NCBI RefSeq assembly: GCF_009914755.1
Contig: NC_060928.1
From: the human T2T-CHM13v2.0 reference genome, Homo sapiens
DNA length: 64,000 bases
Strand: one strand, 5' to 3'
Shown here piece by piece: positions 11,830 through 25,931 of the stretch. A program made the position numbers and the translations under genes. Under the pieces are notes generated by a model. The model was not told the DNA's origin. It was given only the letters and a program-made list of their open reading frames with translations, and did no database searches. The first letter of the stretch is position 1. Each line of letters starts with the position of its first letter.

Positions 11830-13949
11830 GTAAGTTAATTCCTGAATTAATCATCTATTTAGTTATTTAGTTACAACTAACTGACAAGCCAGAATGAAAG
11901 GTGAAGTGAAGCAGGAGAAATGGTTTAGTTTATAAAAGAAATTAACAGTATGATTATTGTTTTGAATGAGTTAAAATTGATTTTCAAGTGGAAAAAATTC
12001 TTACAACTATTAAAAATGTCAACACAATATAAGTACTGGTGAAACTTTTAAATGGCCATTTTCTGTCTTCTTTTATCTAAAGCCCAAAAATTCTAGAACA
12101 AAATAAAAGGCAAGTATTCCCATATTCCAAATCAAGTGCTAAATCAACTAACTGGAAATTGTAAGATCATTGAAAGGTTTGCAAATCTTAGCACTTCAGC
12201 CTCTGAAACTGTATAAAAAGAGTTTAAATTAAGTCCAGAAGAATGAACTTTATTTCTTTGATTAAAAAAAAAATCTCTGACTTTTCCTTCCACCATCCCT
12301 CACTCCCTTGGGGAAATGAAGAAGGGCCTTTGAGTATCTACTGGAGAACTTGATATTTGTCCCCTGAAGTTTAAGAAGAAACAAAGGTTTAAAGTTTGAC
12401 ACAACTCTGAGAAACGTTCAGGCAAAGATCACTGCAAGATTCCAGGCATGAAGGGCTTTAAGAGTTTGCTACTCCTGTTTTACAAAGAAAAAAAAGAAAA
12501 ATTTCCTATGGCACTCTAGTGCGTCACTTTACTGCTTTATCCCCTTTTATCCATCAATTTATTTTTACCTATCCCATCTTCCTATTCACCTACTTCCAGC
12601 TCACCTTACCCACATTTAATTCAATGTCCTATCTCTTCTGCACCCAAGCTTTTGTCCCAAGATAGTTCATATGAACAAGAATAGTTTTCTTTCATCCTCT
12701 ATGCCAATTCCTGGCTGCCATTTTGCCTGCCCTTCAAATAAATATTGAACTTGTTTTCTATTTGAAATGCTAAAAATTCAAGCAATGATCATTTAAAAGC
12801 TGAAGGATATCATTTACATTCATCAAATGGTTCTCCTAAGACTTCTAGCTGAAACAAATGATCTTTTCCACTGAAGGATATAAACCTTTTTCCCCCAGAC
12901 AAAGTATGAAATGGCTCTGATTCCATACCACGGTCAAGATCTACCTCTCTACTGGATCACGGTTCAAATAAAACTAGGCCGCATATTTTTTAAAACACTT
13001 AAAAAAGAACCTTATCCTATTCTCTGTCTTCATTTCAATGTCTCAAATATCTGTAAAGCGAAAGAATAACACACCCAGAAGAGTGGTGCTCCAAAATTCA
13101 AAGATAAGTAAGTAGGCTATGTAAAATACACCCTTTTATCCTTGTGGCTTTATTTTGTCCAGTGTCATGACAAGAAGGAATCAGAAAGGAACTGGTTTCT
13201 TATGAAATTTACTGCAACTAATTTACATTAAGAGACTAAATTGAAGAATCAATGAGAACTGCAGCTCCATTAAAACAATAAATATAAATTATGGATATAT
13301 GTGTCAAAAACACATATATCCATTGAGATGGCATACAGGTTGCTTTTGATGTTTTGTTTTTTAACCATGAATATCTCATGGTCGGTGTTTTAGTTGCCAA
13401 AACAATAATGTGATTGCAAAACAGAACTGCCAGGAAGCTTTCATAATTGAACTCTGGCGTCACACAGTTTGTCATGTTAGACAATTGAAGCTTCAGAAAT
13501 TTCTGTTTTTCCACAAACCTATGAACTGTGCCATTCTCCAGTAAAATTACAAAAGCCATGAATTTGACACATCCAGAAACACAAACAGCAGGCTTCACAG
13601 AAAAGGAGCATGTGCTAGGGCATGTAAACATTTAACACACTGTCACAGAACTGCCTACAGTTCTCCTCTTGTCAAGGGCTCAAAATAACTTAAAAGCATT
13701 CTGTGTATAGGAAGCCAAAATGATTACCAAAATAAAATCACTTTAACCTCTGTTGCATTTACAATGAGGGTTATGGGGGTTGATTTTTTTTCAAAAACAA
13801 AAATAATAATTTGTAAATACCTTAATCTCTAAGAAGTTACAGAAACATATAATATGAAATGAGAGAACAAAGGAGAACCAGGATCCACGTAAGTGTGGGT
13901 GGAGTGCTAGAGGTAGAAGGGGAAGCCCCATTTTCTGACTTCAAAGTGA

Positions 13950-14200
13950 CACAGTATTGTGGTTAGATTGTGGGTTCTGGAATTGAATTTGCTAGATGTG
14001 AGTCCTGGAACAATGTAACTAGCTGTGTGATCTCAGGCAAGTTTATCCCATATCTCTTATTTTCAGGTTTTTCACCTATAAAAATGAGAATAATTCAAGA
14101 TCCTACTTGATTGAATTGCTGTGATTATTAACTAATGCATGTAAGATACTTAGTATAATGCCTAGAATATATTAAGTACTCGTAAATGTTAGGTTTTATA
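13950..14200 (+). mobile_element. MIR SINE, near full length
   Basis: gtggttag...actagctgtgtgatctcaggcaagt...cacctataaaaatgagaataat...taaatgttag. Confidence 0.8.
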
Positions 14201-14481
14201 GCCATCGTTATTTCTTCTGTAACTTGCTACCTCAGGCTTAATATCCTTGAATTTGTACAAAACATCTTTTGTAAACATCTTTTTGAAGCCTTAATCTAGA
14301 GAAAACTGCCTCGCTGTAGCATCATCAAACAGAATAAAGGCAGTTGATTTGGGCCTCTTGTATTTTTTTGTTTTGTTTTTTTGCTGGAATAAAGTTGGAG
14401 AAAGGCAAGGAGCTAAAAGTCTTTTCAGAATCTCTGAGAACTTAAGATACAGACAATAGCATAGATCCAGAAAGACCTCCA

Positions 14482-14985
14482 TATACACAGGTGTCTGTAC
14501 ATAAAATTGAAACTAGCCTAGGTATTTTACACTTCATGCAAGGAATAAGATACTCACAAAATATTTGGGAAGACTGGAGGGATATGTGTATATGAACCAT
14601 TGAATTCAAGAGCTTACTGACTAAAAGCTACAACCCAGGATCAGAAAGCTGCTGCTGCTTCTCCAACTGCCCCAAGACACTCACGAAGCTGCTGAGTAGG
14701 CCTTGGAACCTGAGCCCGGCCATCCCGCCTCTATCACTGCCATGAGTGGGTGAATGACAATTAGAACCCTGAGTCCAGCTGCCACTGCCACCTCATGTTT
14801 CCACAGTCTTGCCTGCCTACAAAAACAGCAGCAGGGAGAAAGCACCTGCCTCATGTCCAAAGCTCAAATTAGTGGAATCCTACTTGCATCTAGAACCCTA
14901 GAGGTAAGGGAGTCTGGAAAATGTAGCAGTAAGTTTCTCATGCCCTGGTAGGTAGATAGAATGAGTAGAGAATGATATTCAGCGT
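14482..14985 (-). mobile_element. ERVL LTR (LTR41-like), probable 3' LTR of the ancient provirus
   Basis: gacactcacgaagctg and agaaccctagaggtaagggagtctggaaaatgtag have counterparts in the copy at ~25115-25575. Confidence 0.55.
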
Positions 14986-16034
14986 GGGTCCTCTCTTTGA
15001 CTTCTTAACATTCATATATGCCATTTGATATGAAATTAAGATTCTAAACAAAAATAGTAAAAATGATATTGATGCACCTAGAATAATACAAATATTCCTC
15101 ACAGAAACATAACAGAACTCATTCTTTCCCCAAAAGATGCACCCTAAGACTTTCAGTCTGAATTTAACTCTCTCTCTGGGTCACATTTCTTCTGTTATAC
15201 TTCAGTCACAATCTGGCTTTAATAATCCGTTACCTAAGGACTAAACTATAAATCTAAACTACCACCAATACAGTTAATGTAAAGTAATAAAACAAAAAGA
15301 TGGAGGAAGAATATGTTTATTGATATATTTATATACTACATATATATATACACAAACACACACATGATTAGAGTCCTCTTTTATGAAACTGGCCACAGGA
15401 CAGAAATGGAATTTAAAACTTCCTTCCTCAACTACACATTCCATTTTCCCTTTGCTCTCAACAAGATGTTAGCTAGTATGTGGTTTTTATTTGGTGGTAT
15501 ATGAAAACCTTCAGTCTTGAGATATCCAGCCATAATGGCTCTTCCAGCATTGAGTTGAGACAATTGTTTTATGTTATTTTACTTTAAGTTCCAGTATACA
15601 TGTGCAGAACATGCAGGTTTGTTACATAGGTAAAATTGTGCCATGGCAGTTTGCTGCACCCATCAACCCATCATCTAGGTATTAAGCCCCAAATGCATTA
15701 GCTATTTGTCCTGAGGCTCTCCCTCCCCTTTCCCTCCAACAGGCCCAAGTGTGTGTTGTTCCGCTCCCTGTGTCCATGTGTTCTCATTGTTCACCTCCCA
15801 ATTATGAGTGAGAACATGTGGTGTTTGGTTTTCTGTTTCTGCAATAGTTTGCTGAGGATGGTGGCTTCCAACTTCATCCATGTCCCTGCAAAGGACATGA
15901 TCTCATTCCTCTTTATGACTACATAGTATTCCATGGTGTATATGTACCACATTTTCTTTACCAAGTCTATCACTGATGGGCTTTTGGGTTGGTTTATGTC
16001 TTTGATATTGTGAATAGTGCTGCAATAGACATAG

Positions 16035-16364
<330 letters not shown>

Positions 16365-18585
16365 TGATTTATATTCCTTTAGATATATACTCAGTAATGG
16401 GATTGCTGGGTCAAATGGTATTTCTAGTTGTAGATCCTTGAGGGATCACCACCATCTTCCCAATGGTTGAACTCATGTACATTCCCACTAATAGTGTAAA
16501 AGTGTTCTTATTTGTCCACAGCCTTGCCAGCATCTATTGATTCTTGACTTTTTAATAATTGCCATTCTGATGGGCGTGAGATGGTTATCTCATTGTGGTT
16601 TTGATTTGCATTTCTTTAATGATCAGTGATGTTGAGATTTTTTCATATGTTTGTAGGCCACATAATGTCTTCTTTTGAAAAGTGTCTGTTCATATCCTTA
16701 GCCCACTTTTTGATGGGGTTGTTTGTTTGTTTTCTTGTAAATTTGTCTAAGTTCCATGTAAATTCTGGATATTAGACCTTTGTCAGATGGGTAGATAGCA
16801 AAATTTTTCTCCCATTCTGCATTGCCTGTTCACTCTAACCATAATTCCTTTTGTTGTGCAGTAGGTCTTTAGATCCCTTTTGTCAGTTTTAGCTTTTGTT
16901 GCAATTACTTTTGGCAATTTTATTATAAAGTCTTTACCCATGACTATGTACTGAATGATATTGCCTAGATTTTCAGATTTTCTTCTAGGGTTTTTATGGT
17001 TTTAGGCTTTACATTTAAGTCTTTAATCCATCTTGAATTAATTTTTAGATAAGGTGTAAGGAAGGGGTCTAGTTTCAGTTTTCTGCATATGGTTAGCCAG
17101 TTTTCACAGCACCATTTATTAAATAGAGGATTCTTTCCCCATTGGTTGTTTTTGTCAGGTTTGTAGAAGATCAGATGGTTGTAGATGTGTGGTCTTATTT
17201 CTGAGGCCTCTATTCTGTTCCATTGGTCTATGTGTCTGTTTTGGTACCAGTACCATGTTGTTTTGGTTACTGTAGGGTTGTATTATAGTTTGAAGTCAGG
17301 TAGCGTGATGCCTCCAGCTTTGTTCTTTTTGCTTAGGATTGTCTTGGGTATATGGGCTCTTTTTTGGTTCCATAGAATTTTAAAGTGGTTTTCTCTAATT
17401 CTGTGAAGAATGTCAATGATAGTTTGATGAGAATAGAATTAAATCTATAAATTACTTTGGCCATTATGGTCGTTTTCACGATATTGGTTCTTTCTATCAA
17501 TGAGAATGGATGTTTTTCCATTTGTTTGTGTCTTCTCTTATTTCCTTGAGCAGTGGTTTGTAGTTCTCATTGAAGAGGTCCTTCACATCTCTTATTAGCA
17601 ATTGTGAATGGGAGTTCATCCATGAGTTGCCTCTCTGCTTGTCTATTGTTGTTCTATATGAATGCTTGTGATTTTTGCACATTGATTTTATATCCTGAGA
17701 CTTTGTTGAAGTTGCTTATCTGTTTAAGGAGTTTTGGGGCTGAGATGATGGGGTTTTCTACATATAAAATCATGCCATCTTCAAACAGAGACAACTTGAT
17801 TTCCTCTCTTCCTATTTGAATATCCTTTATTACTTAATCTTGACTGATTGCCCTGGCCAGAACTTCCAGTACTATGTTGAATAGGAGTGGTGAGAGAGGG
17901 CATCCTTGTCTTGTACTGGTTTTCAAAGGGAATGCTTCCAGCTTTTGCCCATTTAGTATGATATTGGCTGTAAGTTTGTCATGAATAGCTCTTATTATTT
18001 TGAGATACGTTCCATCAATATGTAGTTTATTGAGAGTTTTTAATATGAAGGGATGTTTAATTTTCTGGAAGGCTTTCTCTGAGTCTATTGAGATAATCAT
18101 GTGGTTTTTGTCATTTGTTCTGTTTATGTGATGAATTACATTTATTGATTTGCATATGTTGTACCAGACTTGCATCCCAGGGATGAAGCCAACTTGATCA
18201 TGGTGGATAAGCTTTTCGGTGTGCTGCTGAATTCGGTTTGCCAGTATTTTATTGAGGATTTTTGCATGGATGTTCATCAGGGATATTGGCATGAAGTTTT
18301 CTTTTTTTGTTGTGTCTCTGCCAGGTTTTGGTATCCGGATGATGCTGGCCTCATAAAATGAGTTAGGAGGGAGTCCCTCCTTCCTTTTCTATTGTTTGAA
18401 ATAGTTTCAGAAGTAATGGCACCAGCTCATCTTTGTACCTCTGGTAGAATTCATCTGTGAATCCGTCTGGTCCTGGGCTTTTTTTTTTTTTTTTTTTTTG
18501 GTTGGTAGGTTATTTATTACTACCTCAATTTCAGAACTTGTTATTGTTCTGTTGAAGGATTTGAATCCTTCCTGGTCTAGTCTGA

Positions 18586-18661
18586 GAGGGTGTATGTGTC
18601 CAGGAATGTATTCATTTCTTCTAGGAGGGTGTATGTGTCCAGGAATGTATTCATTTTCTAG
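18586..18661. repeat. 39-bp tandem duplication in L1 ORF2
   Basis: gagggtgtatgtgtccaggaatgtattcattt starts at 18586 and again at 18625. Confidence 0.9.
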
Positions 18662-19233
18662 GTTATTTGCACAGAGGTGTTTATAGTATTGTCTGGTGGT
18701 AGTTTGTATTTCTGTGGGGTAGGTGGTGATATCTCTTTATCATTTTTTATTGTGTCTATTTGATTCTTCTCTCTTTTCTTCTTTGTTAGTCTATCTAATG
18801 GTCTATCTATGTTATCAATATTTTCAAAAATCAGCTCCTGGATTCACTGATTTTTTTAAGGATTTTTCGTGTCTCTATCTCCTTAGTTCTAGTCTGATCT
18901 TAGTTATTTCTTGTTTTCTGCTAGCTTTTGTATTTGTTTGCTCTTGCTTCTCTAGTTCTTTCAGTTGTGATGTTAGGGTGTTGATTTGAGATCTTTCTAG
19001 CTTTTGATGTGGGCATTTAAACTCTACACAATGATAGTGGGAGAATTTAACACCCTACTGTCAATATTAGACAGATCAACAAGACAGAAAATTAGCAAAG
19101 ATATTCAGGACTTGAACTCAGCTCTGGATCGAGTAGACCTGATGGATATCTATAGCACTCTCTACCCCAAAACAACAGAATATGCATTCTTCTCAGTGCC
19201 ACATGGCACTTACTCTAAAATTTATCACATAGT

Positions 19234-19350
19234 TGGAGGTAAAATACTCCTCAGCAAATGCAAAAGAACTAAAATCATTACAGTCTCTCAGGTGGAAGTA
19301 AAATACTCCTCAGCAAATGCAAAAGAACTAAAATCATTACAGTCTCTCAG
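19234..19350. repeat. 59-bp tandem duplication in the inverted L1 segment
   Basis: tgga(g/a)gtaaaatactcctcagcaaatgcaaaagaactaaaatcattacagtctctcag starts at 19234 and 19293. Confidence 0.93.
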
Positions 19351-19658
19351 TCCACAGTGCAATCAAATTAGAATTCAGGATTAAGAAACTCACTCAAAAC
19401 CATACAGCTACATGGAAATTGAACAACCAGCCCTGAATGACTCCTGGGTAAATCATGAAATTAAGGCAGAAATCAAGAAGTTCTTTGAAACCAACAAGAA
19501 CAAAGAGACAACATATCAGAATCTATGGGACACAGCTACAGCAGTGTTAAGAGTTGAGACAAATTTTTATTAACTTTTCCATGGGGCAGGATCATTAGAG
19601 GCGCTGCAGAGGGTATCTTGAGTTTCAGACATATTTCTCCTTGCCTTCACAGTGTAAC

Positions 19659-20219
19659 TGATACAGGATAGCCGAGCCCCACAACTGGGGCTTATCCCAG
19701 GAAGGCTTTTGGCTTCACACAGGAAAAAACTCAAGGGCAAGCTGGTGGTGTTACATAGCAATCTTTTATTAAACAGTACTGCTCCTTGCAGAGCAGAGCT
19801 AACTCACGGGCAATGCCCCCAGAGCTGGCCACATATGGGCTCTTGGCAACTGTATTTATACTCACATAAACCTACTTTTAATTACTGTAAATTAATGGGT
19901 GGGTCAATGCAAATTAAGGAGTAGTTCAATGCAAATTTAGGGATGAGTTATTTAAAACTTTCTAGGAAATAGGTGGTAACTTCTGGGCCATTGCCACGGA
20001 AAGGAGTGATAATTTGGGGGTCATTGCCATGGCATTTGTAAACTGTCATGGTGCTGGTGAGAGTGTCTTATGCTAATGAGCAAGGAGGGTGGCTAAGGAT
20101 CACTTTCATTGCCATCTGCTGGCTCCTGCCAGCTTCTTTACTTTATCCTGTCTGGGCTAGATTCTGCTTTGGTCAAAAGGGCTGTAATCAGAACACAAGC
20201 CTGCCAGTCTCCTGCCTCA
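19659..20219 (-). mobile_element. ERV1 solo LTR (MER66-like)
   Basis: Termini tgatacagga...cctgcctca, minus-strand AATAAA and TATAAA, and two ATGCAAAT octamers. Confidence 0.8.
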
Positions 20220-20616
20220 TTAAAACCACCTAATAAACCTATGATCATCAAGATCACCTAGATAACACAGTAACCATTCTTTTGCTTGTTGGTTCTGTGG
20301 CATAAGAGTCCAAAATGGCCAGGTGATCACCTCAATATTCAATTTATATGGAACCAACTCTTGTGTTCTCTGGCAGAAGCGTGCATCTAAATCTTCTAAA
20401 CAATCAGAATTCCAGGTTTCTGGGATATTTGTCAGGTGCAAAATGACCAAAATGACTAGGCATTTTGGCTTTGGTCAGATAAAGTCTATTTCAGGATGAG
20501 AATCTCAGGTCACAGGGTGACTTGTTTCCTATGATCAGCCATTTAGACTCCATCAGGACCCAGCAGTAAGCTAGGAATTGATTTACAGAATGAAAATTGT
20601 TATTTGTAAAAGGAAA

Positions 20617-21023
20617 TGTGATGATCAGTTTTTTGTGTCAACTTGGCTAGGGTATAGGTCCCAGTTATTCAATTAAATACTAATCTACACATTGCCATAG
20701 AGGTATTTTGTAGATGTAGTTAACCCCAATTATCAATTGACCTTAAATAAAAGAGATCATCCCCAATAATGTGAATGGGCCTTATTCAATCAGTTGAAAA
20801 ACTTTAGAGCAAAACTGAGGTTTGTGTAAGGAAAAAAATTCTGTCTCAGGAAAATAGCATCAACTCCCATCTAAGACTTTCCAGCCTTCTGGCCTGCCCT
20901 ACAAATTACAGACTTGCCAGACTTCCCATAATCCTGTGAGACAATTCCTTGAATTAAATTTTTCTGTCTATCTATTCATCCATCCTACTAGTTTTGTTTC
21001 TCTGTGAATCCCTGATTGATACA
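20617..21023 (+). mobile_element. MLT2 (MLT2D-like) ERVL LTR
   Basis: tgtgatgatcagttttttgtgtcaacttggctag...gtttctctgtgaatccctgattgataca. Confidence 0.88.
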
Positions 21024-21498
21024 GCATCCATAACTTTATTCAAAGTCCAAGGTGACTGCAAATGATTCTCAACACACAATCCTCTCCTGTCATTGGTTTA
21101 GTAGGTTTAGTAGGTCATAAGGTTAAGTGGAAAAGATTCTCAGAAATCTGATTACTTTGCAGCCTGAAGCAACTGAAGAACTATTTCTTGCACTGGGACA
21201 CACTCAAAACAGGCAACATAATGGAATTATTGGATCATAGAAAAGGACCAAAATATGATTTAGATTGCATTCAAAATATACAAAATGTAGCAAGTATTGC
21301 AGATGTGTGTGAACTTGTGTTTGTGTGTTTTAGGAAATACAAAGTATATCAAATTGTCTTTTGCTTTGAATGGGGGTATCTTCACATGCCCCATACAACT
21401 GGATTCCCAAAAACTTCCCTGAAGTGGCAGATCCCTTAACTTATAAAGAGTATATTTGTCCCATCCTCTGGCAAACATAGGTCTTACAAATACAGATA

Positions 21499-21761
21499 CA
21501 GTACCACTAATCAAAGTGTGGTCACATATTTGTTCTGGTCTGTGAACTCTTTGTTACTGATTCTCAATGTGTACAGAAATTGAGAGAAAGTACTTAGAAA
21601 TGTTTACAGTAGTTTTATAGACTGTAATAATTAGATTTGTACTTTCATGCCCTTTCATCTTTTAATTATTTACTTTTATTATAATTTACAAAATCATTGC
21701 TGAATAGATTGAAAACCTTTTAAAAACTCGTCCATCATCCTTCATTATTTGAGAAACACTG
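21499..21761. mobile_element. hAT-Charlie MITE-like fragment
   Basis: cagt...tcaaagtgtggtc start, tttgagaaacactg end, and internal gtacagaaattgagag. Confidence 0.6.
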
Positions 21762-22913
21762 ACCTAGAACACCTACTTTCTGCTCATCAGATTCTATCAG
21801 CTTGATGTCATCAATATGGTGGAAAAATATTCTATCCTATGGGATGATAAAATGATCAAATGTCCCATGGAGTAAATTATGACAGAGAACCAGAGAGAAG
21901 TCCTACCCCTGAAGTAAGATGTATACTCTTTTTCTTGTCAGGTTAAGAGCAAGTTGCTTCTGTTTGTAGGGAAAGAGAGAAGAAGTACACATTAGAAATG
22001 CGGTTGCATACAAGGTACCAGGGATCACGTTGATTGGCTCTTGCAAATAAAACAATTTGAATTATTATTTGATTACATTTAAAATTATGTGCTGTCATTC
22101 TCTAAGACAAATCCATATCCATTCTATCTTTGGTGGTGGCACTAATCTCTGTTATTCTCTCTCTGAGAGACACAGTACTGCTTTTGATTTACTACTTTGA
22201 ACAGGAGGAGAAGTTTCAATGATCTTTACTTAGCTTTTAATACCAAAATAACCCTTAATCCATTAATCACCTGATTTTCAAAAAAGATAACTGTGACATG
22301 AGGACCAAAATGAGATTATCACTTTGGATTATCAACAGGACCTCTAAGGATTATCATTTTTTTACAGCCACTAATCAATAATTCTCAAAATAACTAGTTT
22401 TTTTTTCTTTTTTCCAGTATTTGAGTGTTATGGCAAATGGCAAATCACTTGGGGAGGATTAGGAAAAACACTTACTGAATGTTGCAAGTACTTTTTCAAA
22501 AGGACTCAGCCATCCCTTGAGTCAAGATGCTGTGGAGTATGAGAGCTCTCTCAAATCTGGGGTTTGGTCATGAATGTCCTCGACTCTACATTATGTTACC
22601 TCAAGTCAGTTTCCATTCACCAGCCTTAAATATTTTATTTTGCTTTAGTTATAAAGATCAAATAGGACCCTAATAGCCTATTCATTGGATTCAACATGGA
22701 AACTATGATCAGTTAGCCCCACAAGGATGCAGCACTCAAATAATTCCAATTATTATTCTTTGCTCTGCTCTGTATTAGGGTAAAATGCTCTTTTTGCAAC
22801 TGGTGGCTATCACTGGAATTCTGACCCTCTAGGATCCTATCACATCCACTGAAATCAAAGATTTCTATAACAGCATCTTCCATGGTTATCTCCAATCTAC
22901 AGAGAATTTCCAC

Positions 22914-23314
22914 TGTTAGGGGCTGAACTGTATGGCCCCCAAATTTTTATGCTAAAGCCCTAACCCCTAGTACATCAGAGTGTGACTGTATTTGTTGGAG
23001 ATAGGGCTTTTAAAGAGGTGATTAAGTTTAAATGATGCTATTAGGATTGGCCCTAATCCAGTCTGACTGACATCTTTATAAGAAGAGGAAATTTGAACAC
23101 ACAAAGAGACAACAGGGATACACAACCTCAGAGGCAAGGCCATGGGAGGTCACCACGAGAAGGTGGCCATCTGCAAGCAAAGGAGAGAGGCTCAAAAGAA
23201 ACCAAAGACCGTGATCTTGGACTTCCAACCTTCAAATGTGAGAAAATAAATTTCTGTTTTTTAAGCTACTCAGTATGTGGTATTTTACTATGACAGCCCT
23301 AGCAAACTAATACA
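22914..23314 (+). mobile_element. MaLR LTR (MLT1B-like)
   Basis: ggccctaatccagtctgactga...ggccatctgcaagc...agccctagcaaactaataca. 5-bp TSD tccac/tctac. Confidence 0.9.
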
Positions 23315-23728
23315 TCTACTAATGCCACTGCTCCCTTTACCAATATAGTTTTCAATTTCCATTGTGAAAGCAACTTTTTTCCTTTGAGAAGTCACACTTA
23401 GGAGGAAGAGACCAAGTGACATGTGATAAATGTATTGCAGTGTTCTCATTAGCCTAAATATTTGCATTCCTTCCTCCACAGGTTATCTAGCAAGTCAAAT
23501 TTATTTGGTGTTTACCAGCACTGAATTCAAATCTTCATTAATCAAGTAAATGATAAGGGTTAACTAGCCGAAGGCTGGTTCCCTGAAGCAGAATAGCCTC
23601 CTGTAAAGTTGCACAGAAAATGGCTATGCTCAAGCACGTTAAGAATATTAAAATAAGTAAAATGTTCAGGTGGCATTTAAGACTATTGGCCCACACCCTC
23701 GTGCTGCTGCAATTGTGGGGTCTGGCCT

Positions 23729-24122
23729 GGTATCAGTCAGCTCAGGCTGCCATAATACAATGCCATAGACTGGGTGGCTTAAACAACAGAAATTTATTTT
23801 CTCACAGTCTGGAACCTAGACTTCCAGGATCAGGGGATGAGTATGGTCATTTTCTGGCTCCCTTCTTGGTTTGTAGACAGCTACTTTCTCACTATGTCCT
23901 CACATAGCACTTCTTCTGTGAGTGTTCATGGAGAAAGACAGAGTGTGAGCTATCTTATAAGGACACCAAACCTATTGAATCAGGGCTCCAACCTTATGAT
24001 ATCTTTTAACCTTAATTACTTCCTTACAGGTCCCATCACCAAATACAGACACATTGAAGGTTAGAGCTTGTACAGGTTGACGGGTTCAATTTTGAGAGAA
24101 TACAACCATTCAGTCCATAACA
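23729..24122 (-). mobile_element. MaLR LTR (MLT1A/B-like)
   Basis: gctcaggctgccataa...gactgggtggcttaaacaacagaaatttattttctcacag...attcagtccataaca. Confidence 0.88.
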
Positions 24123-25114
24123 AACCCAAACTCCTTCATCACACTAAGGGAGGAGTTAGTGGTCTCCTATACCTGAATGCTAAATTAGCAGCTAATGGCC
24201 ATTTACAAATTGTTAGAATAATTCCTATATCCTTGAGCTTGCACACTGAATTCAGAATCTCTTAAATCTATGCATAGACTTAAAGTCATCCCCAAACAAG
24301 AACATATCTTTCCTCTCTGGCCTAGCATACTTAGTATCCATTCTAATGGATGTTTTTCAGGTTTCTGCTGATATTTAGCAATTATTTTTATGTGTAAATC
24401 CTTTGCTTTGGATCAGACTTTATACTTGACCCAGGACATGTTAAGATTGACTTATTTCAAGATAATTGAGAAATGGTAGGGATGTCACATAAGGAGAGAT
24501 GGCATGCCTCAGGAGAAGTCATTACAAGTTGTCCGGTAAGTACAAGACCAGCCCCACAGACAGGAAGAAAGGGATGCTTCTGATGGCAGGGGAGGCTCAA
24601 AGGGGTTTGGTCATTTAGTCTACTTAGATTCACTGTAGTCCGCCCAAATGTCCCCATTCTAATTCTGAGTGTCTCGATCTTTCCCAATTAATCAAAGTTT
24701 AAACATCAACAACAACAAAAAGACCTGCTAAGGCTGTAAATTCAATTATTCAGTTATGTTGTAATGTAGCAACCTTCAATACCAGATTTTGGTTATATCA
24801 GCCATTAAGCATTAAGGGAAAAGAAATTTGATCAGGAACCACAGTTTTTGTGTTATTTGTCTCTCCAGTAAGAGTCTCTCATAGAAGCCCTTCAGTCTAC
24901 CAAAGCCTTGCACTCTGTAGACACTTTATCCCTGGGGATGCCATGTAATAAATAATTTAAGGAATTCTTTTTCCTGTGTGCCACTGACTACCAGAATCCA
25001 ATTTTTCAGTAGTAACAAAAATATCACTGCCTTCAAATATTTCTTAAGCAAAGTCAAATAACCAATCCAAATTCCCATCAGTCAGAGTTTTGTCCTAGAG
25101 ATGTACTCAGTACT

Positions 25115-25575
25115 TCTAACAGATTGCAACTGAATACAGGAAATCAGATATTTACAAAGCTTTAATGAAAGCTGAAAATTTAGGAGTCAGAATGACACCA
25201 CTGGAAATTTTGAAGATAGAAAACACGGTGCTGAAGTTCCATCCAGGAAAAGATAAATTGCTACCACCACCACCATCACCATAACTTTCCCTTGACACCC
25301 ACAAAGCTAGTGACTAAACTCTGAAACACAAAACTAGGGTACAGCAGTTGCCTCCTGACACTCCATGACCTTGCTTGCCAGCTGAAATAGCACCAGGAAT
25401 ATGACCACTGACTCACTTTCAAATTGGTCTTGAGTGCATGCTACCATCAGGACATAATTTCTTGCCAGAACCCCAGCTGCAATGGACTCTTGGAAATGTA
25501 TTTTTAACTTTTCAGCATGTATAATACAGGAAGACACATAAAGGAGTAAGCACAAGACTGTTAATTTACCAAAGC
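25115..25575 (-). mobile_element. ERVL LTR (LTR41-like), probable 5' LTR of the ancient provirus
   Basis: gacacccacaaagctagtgact and agaaccccagctgcaatggactcttggaaatgta are homologous to 14482-14985. It lies just upstream of the gag remnant. Confidence 0.55.
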
Positions 25576-25931
25576 CAGCAGAAGTTCAACCACTTAGTTC
25601 TCCTGGTCACCCGGAAGTTCTCTTCAAACCAGCAGGATTCCTACCTTCTTCTCAGCCTCAGTTTATACAGAGCTACCCTAACAAGAGCAGCAGTCTCAGA
25701 TTTCGGGGTGTTTCATAAGTGAAGAGGTCACTGGTTTTTGGTTGTTTCTCCTCTTTTCAAGTATTTCTCTCATAGCCTATTTACAACAGCCCCTTTTCAA
25801 AAGAAGGTATAGTCAATCCTTCACTGGCTCCCAAGGTTGCTTTGTTTTGGCATCCTAGCAAGGAAGCCTGGAGTTAAGTACTAATGTGTGTCTATTTATG
25901 AGAGAAAAAAAAAAAAAAATGAAAACGAGAC

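Noticed and set aside
13606-13630. p53/p63-like pair GAGCATGTGC-ta-GGGCATGTAA overlapping a forkhead motif GTAAACA
   Set aside because: Three mismatches plus a spacer. Too weak without ChIP data.
13236-13631. 131-aa ATG-initiated minus-strand ORF in unique DNA
   Set aside because: No domain similarity or splice context. An ORF of this length is plausible by chance in 64 kb.
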